This document shows, one piece after another, positions 34,778 through 44,138 of a DNA stretch of 64,000 bases. This DNA is from an uncultured bacterium (GTDB lineage Bacteria > Chlamydiota > Chlamydiia > Chlamydiales > SM23-39). The first letter of the stretch is position 1; each line of letters begins with the position of its first letter. The stretch spans positions 3,462-67,461 of the forward strand of contig CAYWKW010000001.1 in assembly GCA_964458995.1 (NCBI GenBank), in the 5' to 3' direction. A program made the translations under genes and the position numbers. The notes below the pieces were generated by a model. The model made no database searches. It was not told the origin of the DNA and was given only the letters and a program-made list of their open reading frames with translations.

Positions 34778-36769
34778 ATGTTTCAATTAAAAGCCGATTT
34801 TAAACCAACTGGCGATCAGCCAGAAGCCATAGAAAGGCTCGTTTCCGGGGTCAAATCGGGCAAGAAGTCGCAGGTGCTGTTGGGCATTACCGGCTCGGGG
34901 AAGACGTTCACCATGGCCAACGTCATTGCCCAATGCTCGAGGCCAGCGCTCATTTTGGCTCATAACAAGACTCTGGCCGCCCAACTCTATCAGGAATTCA
35001 AGAACTTTTTCCCCGACGGCGCGGTCGAATACTTTGTCTCTTACTACGATTACTATCAGCCCGAAGCCTACATCGCCCGAACCGATACCTACATAGAAAA
35101 AGATCTGGCCATCAATGACCGGATTGAAAAAATGCGGCTAAGCGCCACCCGCTCTTTGATCGAAAGATCCGATGTGATTATCGTCTCCTCTGTGTCTTGC
35201 ATCTACGGCTTGGGTACGCCTGAATACTATAGCCAAATGCTCCTCAACCTCGCAGTCAAACAGCAGGTGCGCCGCGACGATGTTCTGTTTCATCTGGTGG
35301 AATTGCACTATGAAAGGAGCGATTATGACCTGGCGCGCGCCACCTTCCGCGCCCGGGGCGACGTGCTTGAAATCGTCCCTGCCTATGAAGATGACCTGGC
35401 CTACCGGATCGAGTTCTTTGGCGATGAGATTGAGCGGATCAGCGAAATCGATCCCCTGACAGGCAAAGTGAGACAGAGGCTCGAGAAGATCACCATCTTC
35501 CCCGGATCGCACTTCGTAACTCCTGAAAATGTAAGGTGGAAGGCGATGGAGACCATTCGACAAGAACTGGCAGAGCGAATCGCCTTTTTTGACAAAGAGA
35601 ATCGGCTGATTGAAGCGCAAAGAATTAAGGAGAGGACGAATTACGATTTGGAGATGATTCGAGAAATCGGCTATTGCAAAGGAGTGGAGAACTATTCAAG
35701 GCACTTTAGCCAAAGAGCGGCGGGCGACCCACCTCCCTGTCTTCTCGATTACTTCCCCGAGGATTTCCTCTTTTTCATTGATGAATCGCACCAAACGCTC
35801 CCCCAATTGCATGCCATGTACAATGGCGATCGCGCCAGAAAACAATCGTTGATTGAGTTTGGATTCAGGCTGCCTTCTGCCTTTGATAACCGACCCTTGA
35901 AATTTGAAGAAACGGCTCGGTTTTTTAAGCAGGTTGTTTACGTTTCTGCCACGCCTGGTCAATGGGAAGTGCAGCAATCGGAAGGGGATGTTGTCCAGCA
36001 AATCATTCGGCCTACCGGTCTTCTCGATCCGGAGATCGAACTGCGGCCAGCGACAGGGCAAGTGGATGACTGTCTGGAAGAAATTCGGAAAGAGACCGCA
36101 CAAGGCGGACGGGTTCTAGTGACCACTTTAACGAAGAAATTGTCGGAGGATTTGTCCAAATACCTCAATGAAATTGGCGTGAAGGCTAAATATCTCCACT
36201 CCGATATTGATACTCTGGAGCGGATGCAGATTTTAAAATCGCTCCGTTTGGGAGAATTTGATGTTTTGGTTGGCATTAACTTGCTGAGGGAGGGGCTCGA
36301 TTTGCCTGAAGTTTCGCTTGTTGTGATTTTGGATGCCGATAAGGAGGGCTTTCTCCGTTCAGAAACGGCGCTCATACAAACTTGCGGCCGTGCGGCGCGC
36401 AATGTTCGCGGCCGTGTGATTCTCTATGCAGATAAGCAGACGGGCGCCATTCGCAACACCATGGCCATTACGAAGGAGCGCCGGGCGCACCAACAAGCCT
36501 ACAATCAGGAGCACCATATTACGCCCAGAACGGCCAAACGGGGCGATATTGCGTCGTTAGAGGAGACTTTTGGTTTTGCAGAGGAGCCTGTGCCAGTGTC
36601 CACGAAGAAGACCCATCTTGATATTCCAGATTTGGAGACCAAAATTAAAGAGTGCGAAGTGGAGATGCGGCGGGCTGCCAAAGAGTTGCGATTTGAGGAT
36701 GCGGCCCGTGCTCGTGACCTGATGCGCTACTACCAAAATCTCGAAATGCTGAAAACCGACTCCGACTAG
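34778..36769 (+). CDS. uvrB: Excinuclease ABC subunit B
   Basis: [43 protein letters not shown], the helicase C motifs and the C-terminal UVR domain ([12 protein letters not shown]). ATG 34778 is preceded by AGAGG. Confidence 0.95.
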   Translation: MFQLKADFKPTGDQPEAIERLVSGVKSGKKSQVLLGITGSGKTFTMANVIAQCSRPALILAHNKTLAAQLYQEFKNFFPDGAVEYFVSYYDYYQPEAYIARTDTYIEKDLAINDRIEKMRLSATRSLIERSDVIIVSSVSCIYGLGTPEYYSQMLLNLAVKQQVRRDDVLFHLVELHYERSDYDLARATFRARGDVLEIVPAYEDDLAYRIEFFGDEIERISEIDPLTGKVRQRLEKITIFPGSHFVTPENVRWKAMETIRQELAERIAFFDKENRLIEAQRIKERTNYDLEMIREIGYCKGVENYSRHFSQRAAGDPPPCLLDYFPEDFLFFIDESHQTLPQLHAMYNGDRARKQSLIEFGFRLPSAFDNRPLKFEETARFFKQVVYVSATPGQWEVQQSEGDVVQQIIRPTGLLDPEIELRPATGQVDDCLEEIRKETAQGGRVLVTTLTKKLSEDLSKYLNEIGVKAKYLHSDIDTLERMQILKSLRLGEFDVLVGINLLREGLDLPEVSLVVILDADKEGFLRSETALIQTCGRAARNVRGRVILYADKQTGAIRNTMAITKERRAHQQAYNQEHHITPRTAKRGDIASLEETFGFAEEPVPVSTKKTHLDIPDLETKIKECEVEMRRAAKELRFEDAARARDLMRYYQNLEMLKTDSD

Positions 36770-36944
36770 ACCTAATTAACGCGAGTTTTGGATAAGAAAA
36801 GAGAAATCGGGCAAGGGCACGGGCACGCACACGTTCACGAAAGACAGTCGGGAGAACCTTCAGGCGTATTCGCTTCGCTCATCTGCTGCTGCCCCATTAC
36901 CCAAGAATCCATTTTATTAACATTGCTTAAGCTGCAATCAGATT

Positions 36945-36969
36945 CAGAAACGACTCTTTCTGTTTTTTT
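36945..36969 (+). terminator. Weak rho-independent terminator candidate
   Basis: cagaaa-cgactc-tttctg followed by a T7 run. The stem is only 6 bp and AT-rich. It lies 176 nt downstream of the uvrB stop. Confidence 0.35.
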
Positions 36970-37176
36970 GTAAATTGAATGCAAGGCTTACAAGGGTCAT
37001 ACGCAGTGTTGCATAACCACCTGGAATCAGACAGCTTCCTCTCCTGCCACAAGAAAACGATGTAAAGATATAACGATATGAACGATAGGGATTTATAACT
37101 TTTTTCTCATCGTTTTTATCATTCCATCATTTGATCGTTGATTGTGTCGTGAAAGAAGGATTATGCAACACCCGCA

Positions 37177-37355
37177 CCCCAAAAACCGAGGCGATTTTCG
37201 GGGGCCCCTGGTGAAATGTAAAGCAGCAATACAAAACCCCAAAAACCGAGGCGATTTTCGGGGGCCCCTGGTGAAATGTAAAGCAGCAATACAAAACCCC
37301 AAAAACCGAGGCGATTTTCGGGGGCCCCTGGTGAAATGTAAAGCAGCTTTACATT
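37177..37355 (+). repeat. Tandem array of 3 x 60-bp units of the dispersed palindromic repeat
   Basis: The unit is ccccaaaaaccgaggcgattttcggggg-cccctggtga-aatgtaaagcagcaatacaaaa, starting at 37177, 37237 and 37297 (exact 60-bp period). The last unit ends in the perfect palindrome aatgtaaagc-a-gctttacatt (37335-37355), which overlaps the yvcK stop codon. Confidence 0.95.
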
Positions 37356-38349
37356 AGGTGGAAGCGGCTGCGTACGAGGGTATTGCGTCGAGTTGATCGA
37401 GGATGGCCATCAGTTCTTGGGCCAGCTTTTTGGGATCATGCCGGATCAAATTCCTTTTGAGTAAATCTCGTTTAGACGGTTCTACTATTTTACCCAGTAA
37501 TTCCGCTTCGATGATTCGGGGATCATCCAGGTCATTTTCAACCAAGTCCCCCTCCTCAGAGTAAATCTCTATTAGGTCCTTGGGCGGCTTTTGCACGTTG
37601 ATTAGGATGTGATCGAAAATGTCTTTTCCCAGGTAGCGAACAATCTCTTTTATATAGTGCGATGTCTTAAAGGCAGTGGTTTGCCCCTTCCGGTTCATCA
37701 AATTAATCACAAATACTTTTCGCGCTTTCGCATTGCAAATAGCTTCCCGTATGCCTTCAACAAGCAGGTTGGGGATGAGAGAGGTGTGAAGCCCCCCAGG
37801 ACCGATCACGATGAGATCGGCATTCTCTATTTCTGGTAAGGCTTTTTGATTGACTTTGGGGAAAGGCTCCAGATAGATCGACTTGTATCCTTGATCGATC
37901 TCCTTGGAGAGATAAATTTCTTTTTCCCCTTCCAGAATTTTTTGATTGTTCAGGACCATCTTGAGTCTAACTTGGTGCGTTGTCACAGGAATCACCTTGC
38001 CCTGAATGTAGAGAATCTTGCCCACTTCATCGACGGCTTGTTCAAAACTCCCCGTGATTTTTTCCAAAGCGGAAAGAAAGAGATTTCCCAACGAATGTCC
38101 GCCCAGGCCTCCATTTTCAAAGCGGTAATTCATGAGCGAACGCATCAACCGGCCCGAGTTGGAAAGGGCGACCAGACATTGCCGCACATCTCCAGGCGGC
38201 AAGACACCCAGTTCATCTCGCAGGATTCCCGTGCTGCCCCCGTCGTCCGCCATGGAAACAATCGCTGTCAAATCAACCGGATATTGTTTCAGCCCTTTTA
38301 AGACGACAAAGTTTCCCGTTCCTCCGCCAATGACCACCACTTTTTTCAA
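37354..38349 (-). CDS. yvcK: YvcK/CofD-like gluconeogenesis factor (UPF0052)
   Basis: VVVIGGGTGNFVVLKGLK, AIVSMADDGGSTGILRDELGVLPPGDVRQCLVALS and IVIGPGGLHTSLIPNLLV. Confidence 0.8.
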   Translation of the reverse strand: MKKVVVIGGGTGNFVVLKGLKQYPVDLTAIVSMADDGGSTGILRDELGVLPPGDVRQCLVALSNSGRLMRSLMNYRFENGGLGGHSLGNLFLSALEKITGSFEQAVDEVGKILYIQGKVIPVTTHQVRLKMVLNNQKILEGEKEIYLSKEIDQGYKSIYLEPFPKVNQKALPEIENADLIVIGPGGLHTSLIPNLLVEGIREAICNAKARKVFVINLMNRKGQTTAFKTSHYIKEIVRYLGKDIFDHILINVQKPPKDLIEIYSEEGDLVENDLDDPRIIEAELLGKIVEPSKRDLLKRNLIRHDPKKLAQELMAILDQLDAIPSYAAAST

Positions 38350-38414
38350 TCAAAACCTCATCATGAATCGTTCATCTTAAGTAGAAACGCCATTTTCTGC
38401 TATCATTCATCGTC

Positions 38415-40271
38415 ATGAAAACAATCTACTATCTCAAACGAGCGCTCTCTTTGCCGCCCCGTGTCGTTCTTCAAAAGATCGTTCACAAAATAAAGAGGGA
38501 GTGGGGTCAGAAAAAAAAGAAGTTTTTGGATCAAAAGTTCTCCACATTTGCATCGCAATGCCCCTTTTCTAAACTGAATCGTTTTATCAAGCGGGTGGAG
38601 ACTTCAGCTTTGCCAAAAGAGAAAATCTTGGACGCTTGCGCTCACTATTTGAAACATGAATTTGACTTGTTAGGGTCGGGACGGGTGCGGGTTGCCAATC
38701 GGACGGAGACGGGGGTAAATCCGCCCAATGAAAGCGAATCAGAGCGAATTAAGGGTTTGATCCAACAGCCTTACAACCCGATCGACTGGCAAATCGATTT
38801 TAAGTCGGGTTATCGCTGGAGCGAGAGCACCTGGAGTCAAGAAATCCAATATGGAAATGCCAGCGGCGTCGATGTCAAAGTGCCTTGGGAATTGGCCCGC
38901 ATGCAGCATCTCGTCCATTTGGCATGGGCCTACGGCTTAAGAAAAGAAGAGATTTATCTCCGAGAGTTTCAGAATCAAGTGATCGATTTCATCGCAAGCA
39001 ATCCCCCCCGTTATGGCGTGAATTGGTCTTGCACAATGGATGTGGGGATACGGATTGCCAATTGGCTCCTGAGCTACGATCTGCTCTGTTCTTTTGGAGC
39101 TCAATTTAGCCCAGAATTTGAGGAGACCTTTATCCGGAGTGTTTATGAACACGGAAAGCATATTTATACCCACCTGGAGTGGGATCCTTATCTGCGCTCC
39201 AATCACTACTTGGCCAATATTGCGGGACTCCTCTTCGTCGCGGCCTATCTCTCTGCGGAGGAGTGGTTGTCCTTTTCTCTTCGTGAACTCGAATCGGAAA
39301 CGCTCTCGCAATTTCATCCAGATGGGAGCAATTTTGAGGCCTCGACCAGCTACCATAGGCTTTCTGCCGAAATGGTTCTCTATGCAACGGCCCTCGCCCA
39401 AGACATCGGCCATCCATTTTCCTCTGAATATGGAGAACGGGTTAAAAAGATGGCCGAATTCATCAACGATATCACAAAGCCAGATGGCCAAATTGTTCAA
39501 TTTGGGGACAATGATAGCGGCCGATTTATCAAGCTGCTCCCCGAGGAAAATGGTTTAGATCATCGCTACTTGATTCGGGCTTTTGAAGGAAAAGGATTGT
39601 CTGGGGCTATCGAACAGCAGTTGGAAAAAACTCAAACGGTTCCGAAGTCACTGGCTGCCTATCCCGACTTCGGACTTTATGTGCAAAATAGGGGGCCCTG
39701 GTTTTTGGCTGTCCGTTGCGGCTCCATTGGCCAAAAAGGGAACGGGGGGCATGCGCATAACGATCAGCTCTCTTTTGAATTGTCTCTAAACGGGGTGCCG
39801 CTGATTGTGGACCCGGGGACCTTTGTCTATACCCCGTTTCCTGTGGAACGGAGGCGGTTTCGATCGACTGCTATGCACAACACTTTGGCGATTGAGGGAC
39901 GGGAGCAAAACTTGGATGGGGGGCTCTTCCGGATGACCGACAAGGCTAAGGCACGGGTGGTTCAATTCGAGGATGGGGTTTTTGTGGGGGAGCATGAGGG
40001 TTTTGGGTCGATTTATCGGAGAACATTGAAGATTCAAGGCGATTGCATTGAGGGGATCGATGAGTGTGAATTCGATGGGCCAAAAAGAATCTACTTTCAT
40101 TTAGCCCCCCGTTGGAAAGATGAAGTATTCAAATTTCGATTTTGGTCCGATCAAGGAACCTGGATCAGGGAAGAGGGCGAATATTCGAGTTGCTATGGGA
40201 AAAAAGTGACTGCGCCGCTGCTTATTTTACAGACGTCTTCCAAACGTACTTCATGGAAAATTTCTCAATAG
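38415..40271 (+). CDS. Heparinase II/III-like (alginate-lyase fold) protein
   Basis: WELARMQHL, NHYLANIAGLLFVAAYL, GGHAHNDQLSFELSLNGVPLIVDPGTFVYT and HNTLAIEG match the heparinase II/III-like family often found in O-antigen or capsule loci. Confidence 0.7.
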   Translation: MKTIYYLKRALSLPPRVVLQKIVHKIKREWGQKKKKFLDQKFSTFASQCPFSKLNRFIKRVETSALPKEKILDACAHYLKHEFDLLGSGRVRVANRTETGVNPPNESESERIKGLIQQPYNPIDWQIDFKSGYRWSESTWSQEIQYGNASGVDVKVPWELARMQHLVHLAWAYGLRKEEIYLREFQNQVIDFIASNPPRYGVNWSCTMDVGIRIANWLLSYDLLCSFGAQFSPEFEETFIRSVYEHGKHIYTHLEWDPYLRSNHYLANIAGLLFVAAYLSAEEWLSFSLRELESETLSQFHPDGSNFEASTSYHRLSAEMVLYATALAQDIGHPFSSEYGERVKKMAEFINDITKPDGQIVQFGDNDSGRFIKLLPEENGLDHRYLIRAFEGKGLSGAIEQQLEKTQTVPKSLAAYPDFGLYVQNRGPWFLAVRCGSIGQKGNGGHAHNDQLSFELSLNGVPLIVDPGTFVYTPFPVERRRFRSTAMHNTLAIEGREQNLDGGLFRMTDKAKARVVQFEDGVFVGEHEGFGSIYRRTLKIQGDCIEGIDECEFDGPKRIYFHLAPRWKDEVFKFRFWSDQGTWIREEGEYSSCYGKKVTAPLLILQTSSKRTSWKISQ

Positions 40272-41340
40272 CCAGGCCGGTCATGTAGAGGCCAAAAAGG
40301 GTGGCCAGGCTCACCATTCCCAAGACATAGGCTGTGAAGGGCACTGCTAAAATGCCCGGAAGGGAAAAGAATGCTCCCGAAACCAGGAAAGGGAGAGTCG
40401 TCCTAAAAGCTGGCTTTACATAGAAATAGAACAAGAGGCCAAAATTGAGGAACAGAAGGGCTTTGAAGCAGAGAAAGAGCGCTTTGGCTGCAATGGTTTT
40501 GAGGATGAATAGGGGGGCCGATTTGAAGAGAGAGAGGCACTGATCTCTGAGGATTCGCTCATATTCGGGAGAGCAGTTTTTCACTTCGGGATCGATCGAT
40601 CTTGCTTTTTCATCGGCAATCCTATCGCTATATTGAATGCCGTATGGGTTCTTTAAATAGCCTAATCCGATGTAGATATTATGCCATTTGGGGTGGCAAA
40701 GCTGCTGATTGGGCTCTTTCAGAAAGGCATCCCTCTCCGATTCCAGATGCCTAAAATGGAAATAGGGGATCGAAGTACAGATGAAGAGCGCAGATAGGCA
40801 ATAGAGTTTTTCTTTCAGGCTTTTATTGCACAGGATCCAAGTAATGATAAATAGCAAAACTCCCGTTCCCGAATGAGACCGGATCCAATTACAGTAGCCA
40901 ATGATCCACCCGCTGAAGATCAAAATGAGAAAAAGAGATCCGGTTTGTTTTTTTTGATCCCATAAAATGTAGAGAGGCACCAAAGAGGCTACGCAAAAGT
41001 AGGAGGCGATGTAGACGTCTGAATAGCGCCACCCAACCGCAGCAAGCAATAGGGTCGCACAAATTGAGATTGTTCTAGTAAGCCAGTGTTTGAAAAGTAG
41101 GAGAAAAGAGCCCCCCATAATCACTGCGCCGATCAACAGAAGAGAAGAGAGGAAAAGGGTGATCGACGAATCTAGGGAGAGGCCAAAGGTTTTTGAAATC
41201 CATGGGACAAAATAGAAGAGGCCCAAATCATCGGGAAATCCGGCGCGTCCATAGGTTTCTTGGTATTTCAAAACGAGCGGAACATGGGTAGAGTCTAGAC
41301 CATCCAAGGTTAGTTTCAATTGCGCATATCTACAATCCAT
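40222..41340 (-). CDS. Polytopic (~9 TM) membrane protein, paralog A of a 3-member family; putative GT-C/Wzy/WaaL-like glycan-processing enzyme
   Basis: Start MDCRY is at 41340 with a TGATG overlap onto the upstream methyltransferase stop. Motifs shared with paralogs B and C are F(A/P)DD(L/Q)G.(F/Y)Y(F/L)(V/I)P, GYCN(W/F/I)(I/L)RSH(S/A)GTG, HPKWH(N/S)IY(I/L)GL(G/S)Y and NCSPEYE(R/K)ILR(D/N). No known family is recognised. Confidence 0.6.
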   Translation of the reverse strand: MDCRYAQLKLTLDGLDSTHVPLVLKYQETYGRAGFPDDLGLFYFVPWISKTFGLSLDSSITLFLSSLLLIGAVIMGGSFLLLFKHWLTRTISICATLLLAAVGWRYSDVYIASYFCVASLVPLYILWDQKKQTGSLFLILIFSGWIIGYCNWIRSHSGTGVLLFIITWILCNKSLKEKLYCLSALFICTSIPYFHFRHLESERDAFLKEPNQQLCHPKWHNIYIGLGYLKNPYGIQYSDRIADEKARSIDPEVKNCSPEYERILRDQCLSLFKSAPLFILKTIAAKALFLCFKALLFLNFGLLFYFYVKPAFRTTLPFLVSGAFFSLPGILAVPFTAYVLGMVSLATLFGLYMTGLAIEKFSMKYVWKTSVK

Positions 41341-42044
41341 CACAGGCATGAAGAGTCGCTTTTTTGCAAAATGGAGGCGTAGAGTGCGCCAAGGGGGAGT
41401 TTTGTCAGAAAAGGCTCCGTTCTTCTGAGCCAGCTTAAGAATTTGGGGTAGAAGCAATAAAATTTTGTGGTGGTTTTACCATATTCTTTTTCTAAGCTGC
41501 GTGTATACCAAGGCGTCATCATTTTAGCATGTTTGTCGATGGGGTTCCGTTTGAACGTCAAGACGGTCAGCGGATTGAGAGGATTTAATTCAAAAATGAC
41601 CAGATGGCCATTGGGCTTTAAGAGACGGGTCAGCTCGTGAATGTAGCTTTTATGCATGGAGAAAGGAATATGGTGAAAAACCCCCGCAGAAAAAATGAGA
41701 TCCAATGACTCGCTCTTAAAATCGAGATGGGAGTGTTGATCGCAGCTCAGAGAAAATTGGATCCCATGGAATTGCTTCTGAGCTGTTTCTATGCTTTTAG
41801 GCGAAGGGTCTACTCCATGGACCAATGCCTTTGGAAACGTTTTTTTGACAAAATGGGTCATCACTCCATCGCCGCACCCAAAATCGAGAATAGAGATGGG
41901 CGAAGAGACTTGATTGGGAAACCATTCAGCCAGTTTTTTGGCTTTGTATTCGGCAAAAAAGGCGCTCGACTCTCCCGATAAAGCCAGAGCCTTGTCACAG
42001 TTGGAGCGATAGCCTTCGATGTAGTGATCAAACTCTTGTTTCAT
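41340..42044 (-). CDS. Class I SAM-dependent methyltransferase
   Basis: Motif I ILDFGCGDGVMT is present, with post-I and motif II/III spacing as expected. The size is 234 aa. Confidence 0.7.
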   Translation of the reverse strand: MKQEFDHYIEGYRSNCDKALALSGESSAFFAEYKAKKLAEWFPNQVSSPISILDFGCGDGVMTHFVKKTFPKALVHGVDPSPKSIETAQKQFHGIQFSLSCDQHSHLDFKSESLDLIFSAGVFHHIPFSMHKSYIHELTRLLKPNGHLVIFELNPLNPLTVLTFKRNPIDKHAKMMTPWYTRSLEKEYGKTTTKFYCFYPKFLSWLRRTEPFLTKLPLGALYASILQKSDSSCL

Positions 42045-43002
42045 GGAAGGTTTGCGGCTCAGGTTCGTTTATAAAATTCAATTCCTCGGCAACAATATAC
42101 AACGGTCTCCCTTTTTGTTGATCGTGGATTCGACCAATGTATTCACCTAAAAACCAAAAGAGAATGAATTGAATGCCCATGAAAATATAGGTAACGGTCG
42201 TGAGCCATTTAAAGAGGGGGTAATCGACTTTTCGGAAGAGAGCATCAAAGATGATATAGGAGAGCATCAACGTTCCAGTCAGAATGACAAATACGCCCAC
42301 ATAGGCTGCCAGGCGCAAAGGAAACATGGAAAAGCTGGTCATTCCGTCGAAGGCGAGCTTGAACATTTTTTTCCATGTATACCCTGTTTGACCTGCTTGT
42401 CGATTCGGCCTTGCAAAATCGATGAAATCGTGCGAAAAGCCCGTCCATGCAACCATTCCGCGGAAATAGCGCGACTTTTCCCGGCACCGGTTGAGCGTCG
42501 CGAGCACTTTTTTATCAATGAGCCTGAAATCACCCACGTTGCGAGGAATTTTCACGTCAGCAATCACATCCAAAAATTGGTAGTAGACTTTTGCTGTGAT
42601 GCGCTTTAAAAACGAGTCCTTTCTGTCAATTCTTCGCGCATAAACAATTTGCTTCCCCTCTTCCCATTTTTTTATCATGGGGAGTAACAATTTCGGAGGA
42701 TCTTGCAGGTCGGCATCCATTGTGATGATGGCATCGCCAGAGGCGTGATCGTATCCTGCTGTCAGGGCCATCTGATGGCCAAAATTGCGGCTGAAAGTGA
42801 TCGCTTTAACACGGGGATCGGCATGGGCGAGCTCTACCAGTTTGAGCCAGGAGCTATCCCTGCTCCCATCGTTTACAAAGATGAGTTCATAGTCATATTT
42901 AGCGCTTAAAAGATCTAAAACCGAAATGAGTTCCTTGTAGATAAGGGGAATGTTTTCTTCTTCATTAAATATTGGCAAAATAATCGATAATAGTCTTTTC
43001 AT
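42028..43002 (-). CDS. Polyprenyl-phosphate glycosyltransferase, GT2 family (ArnC/GtrB/DPM1-like)
   Basis: LSIILPIFNEEENI, FVNDGSRDSS, FSRNFGHQMALTAGYDHASGDAIITMDADLQDPP and GDFRLIDKKV, plus two C-terminal TM helices. This is the GtrB/ArnC architecture. Confidence 0.8.
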   Translation of the reverse strand: MKRLLSIILPIFNEEENIPLIYKELISVLDLLSAKYDYELIFVNDGSRDSSWLKLVELAHADPRVKAITFSRNFGHQMALTAGYDHASGDAIITMDADLQDPPKLLLPMIKKWEEGKQIVYARRIDRKDSFLKRITAKVYYQFLDVIADVKIPRNVGDFRLIDKKVLATLNRCREKSRYFRGMVAWTGFSHDFIDFARPNRQAGQTGYTWKKMFKLAFDGMTSFSMFPLRLAAYVGVFVILTGTLMLSYIIFDALFRKVDYPLFKWLTTVTYIFMGIQFILFWFLGEYIGRIHDQQKGRPLYIVAEELNFINEPEPQTFHETRV

Positions 43003-44135
43003 GAAGGATTCTCTTGAGTAATGAGGTTTTTTTGGGTGTATTTTTCGATTCCCACACAGATCATGTAAAGGCCAAAAAGAGTAGCGACGCTAGACATGCC
43101 TGCAAGATAGACATTAATGGGCATTACAAGAATTCCTGAAAGAGAATAGAAACCGGCGGAAATGAAAAAGGGGAGAACTTGATGTAGCTGCGGTTTGACA
43201 TAAAAATAGAAGGCGATTCCAAAGTTAAAGAAGATTAAGAACCTACAGATTATCTTCAAAAATTTATGTAGAAGCGTCTTTAGAATAAAAATCGGATCCT
43301 CTTTAGCTATCTGGAAAACAAGATTTCTCAATATTTTTTCATATTCGGGCGAACAATTTTTCACATTTGGATTGATCGACAAGGCTTTCTCCCACGCGCA
43401 CCGATCTGACCACTCAATTCCATGTCGATTGGGAAAATATCCCAACCCGAGGTAGATGGAATGCCATTTGGGATGGGTAACTCGAAGACTCTCATAAGCT
43501 GGACTGATTTTTGAAAGGTACCGATCTCGTTGCTGCTCCAGGTGATGAAAATGGAGATAGGGAAGCAGACAAGAGAGAACTAAGACTGAAAAATAAAACG
43601 CTTTTTTATTCCATTGGAGATTTGGATTTAAGATTAGCCAGAGAAACAAAAATAGAAGAACGCCCGTACCCGAATGAGAACGGATGAAATTGCAATAACC
43701 AATCAGAACCCCAGCGATAGCAAAATAAAGGGCTCCCCTAGGTTTCTTTAATGCGAAGAGAGGAATGAGGGTCGCACTGGCAAAGAAAAAGGTGATATAG
43801 ACATCGGAGTAGCGAAATGAGGCAATCGTTAACAACGAGATCGCTATGAAACTCACAACTCGAGAAGCCCAATGGGTGAATGCGGAATAAAAGCAAAAGA
43901 AGGCAACCATGGCCCCAACAGCTAAAAGCGAGCCAAAAAACAGATCAATGGCTTGATCGATGGAGATTCCAAGCCCTTTTGCGATAGAGGGAATAAGATA
44001 ATAGTTTCCTAAATCGTCCGCAAAACCTGCAGGCCAGTAGTTGCTTCCACTATAGCTAACAATCGGAACATCAGATAAATAAAGCCCTTTAAGAGTATTC
44101 TCGAGCTCTAGATGTCTGCACTCCATGATCTTCAT
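42999..44135 (-). CDS. Polytopic membrane protein, paralog B
   Basis: See paralog A. Motifs are ECRHLELENTLKG, FADDLGNYYLIP, GYCNFIRSHSGTGVLLF, HPKWHSIYLGLGY and NCSPEYEKILRN. Confidence 0.6.
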   Translation of the reverse strand: MKIMECRHLELENTLKGLYLSDVPIVSYSGSNYWPAGFADDLGNYYLIPSIAKGLGISIDQAIDLFFGSLLAVGAMVAFFCFYSAFTHWASRVVSFIAISLLTIASFRYSDVYITFFFASATLIPLFALKKPRGALYFAIAGVLIGYCNFIRSHSGTGVLLFLFLWLILNPNLQWNKKAFYFSVLVLSCLLPYLHFHHLEQQRDRYLSKISPAYESLRVTHPKWHSIYLGLGYFPNRHGIEWSDRCAWEKALSINPNVKNCSPEYEKILRNLVFQIAKEDPIFILKTLLHKFLKIICRFLIFFNFGIAFYFYVKPQLHQVLPFFISAGFYSLSGILVMPINVYLAGMSSVATLFGLYMICVGIEKYTQKNLITQENPS

Positions 44136-44138
44136 ATT

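Noticed and set aside
37177-37355. Possible CRISPR array.
   Set aside because: The units are contiguous with no unique spacers. There are only three copies and no cas genes in the window. The same unit occurs singly elsewhere, including inside a CDS.
37093-37357. 69-aa (-) and 71-aa (+) ORFs with internally repeated peptides (KNRGDFRGPLVKCKAAIQNP x3).
   Set aside because: They are purely the translation of the 3 x 60-bp tandem repeat. Mirror ORFs on both strands are a repeat artefact.
40222-40271. 50-nt convergent overlap between the heparinase-like gene and paralog A, considered as a possible antisense regulatory feature.
   Set aside because: The sequence alone does not indicate regulation. 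Convergent 3' overlaps of this size occur by chance through late stop codons.
41341-41457. N-terminal 39-codon extension of membrane-protein paralog A.
   Set aside because: It overlaps the 3' end of the methyltransferase gene. The MDCRY start aligns with the N-termini of paralogs B and C and forms a TGATG coupling overlap.
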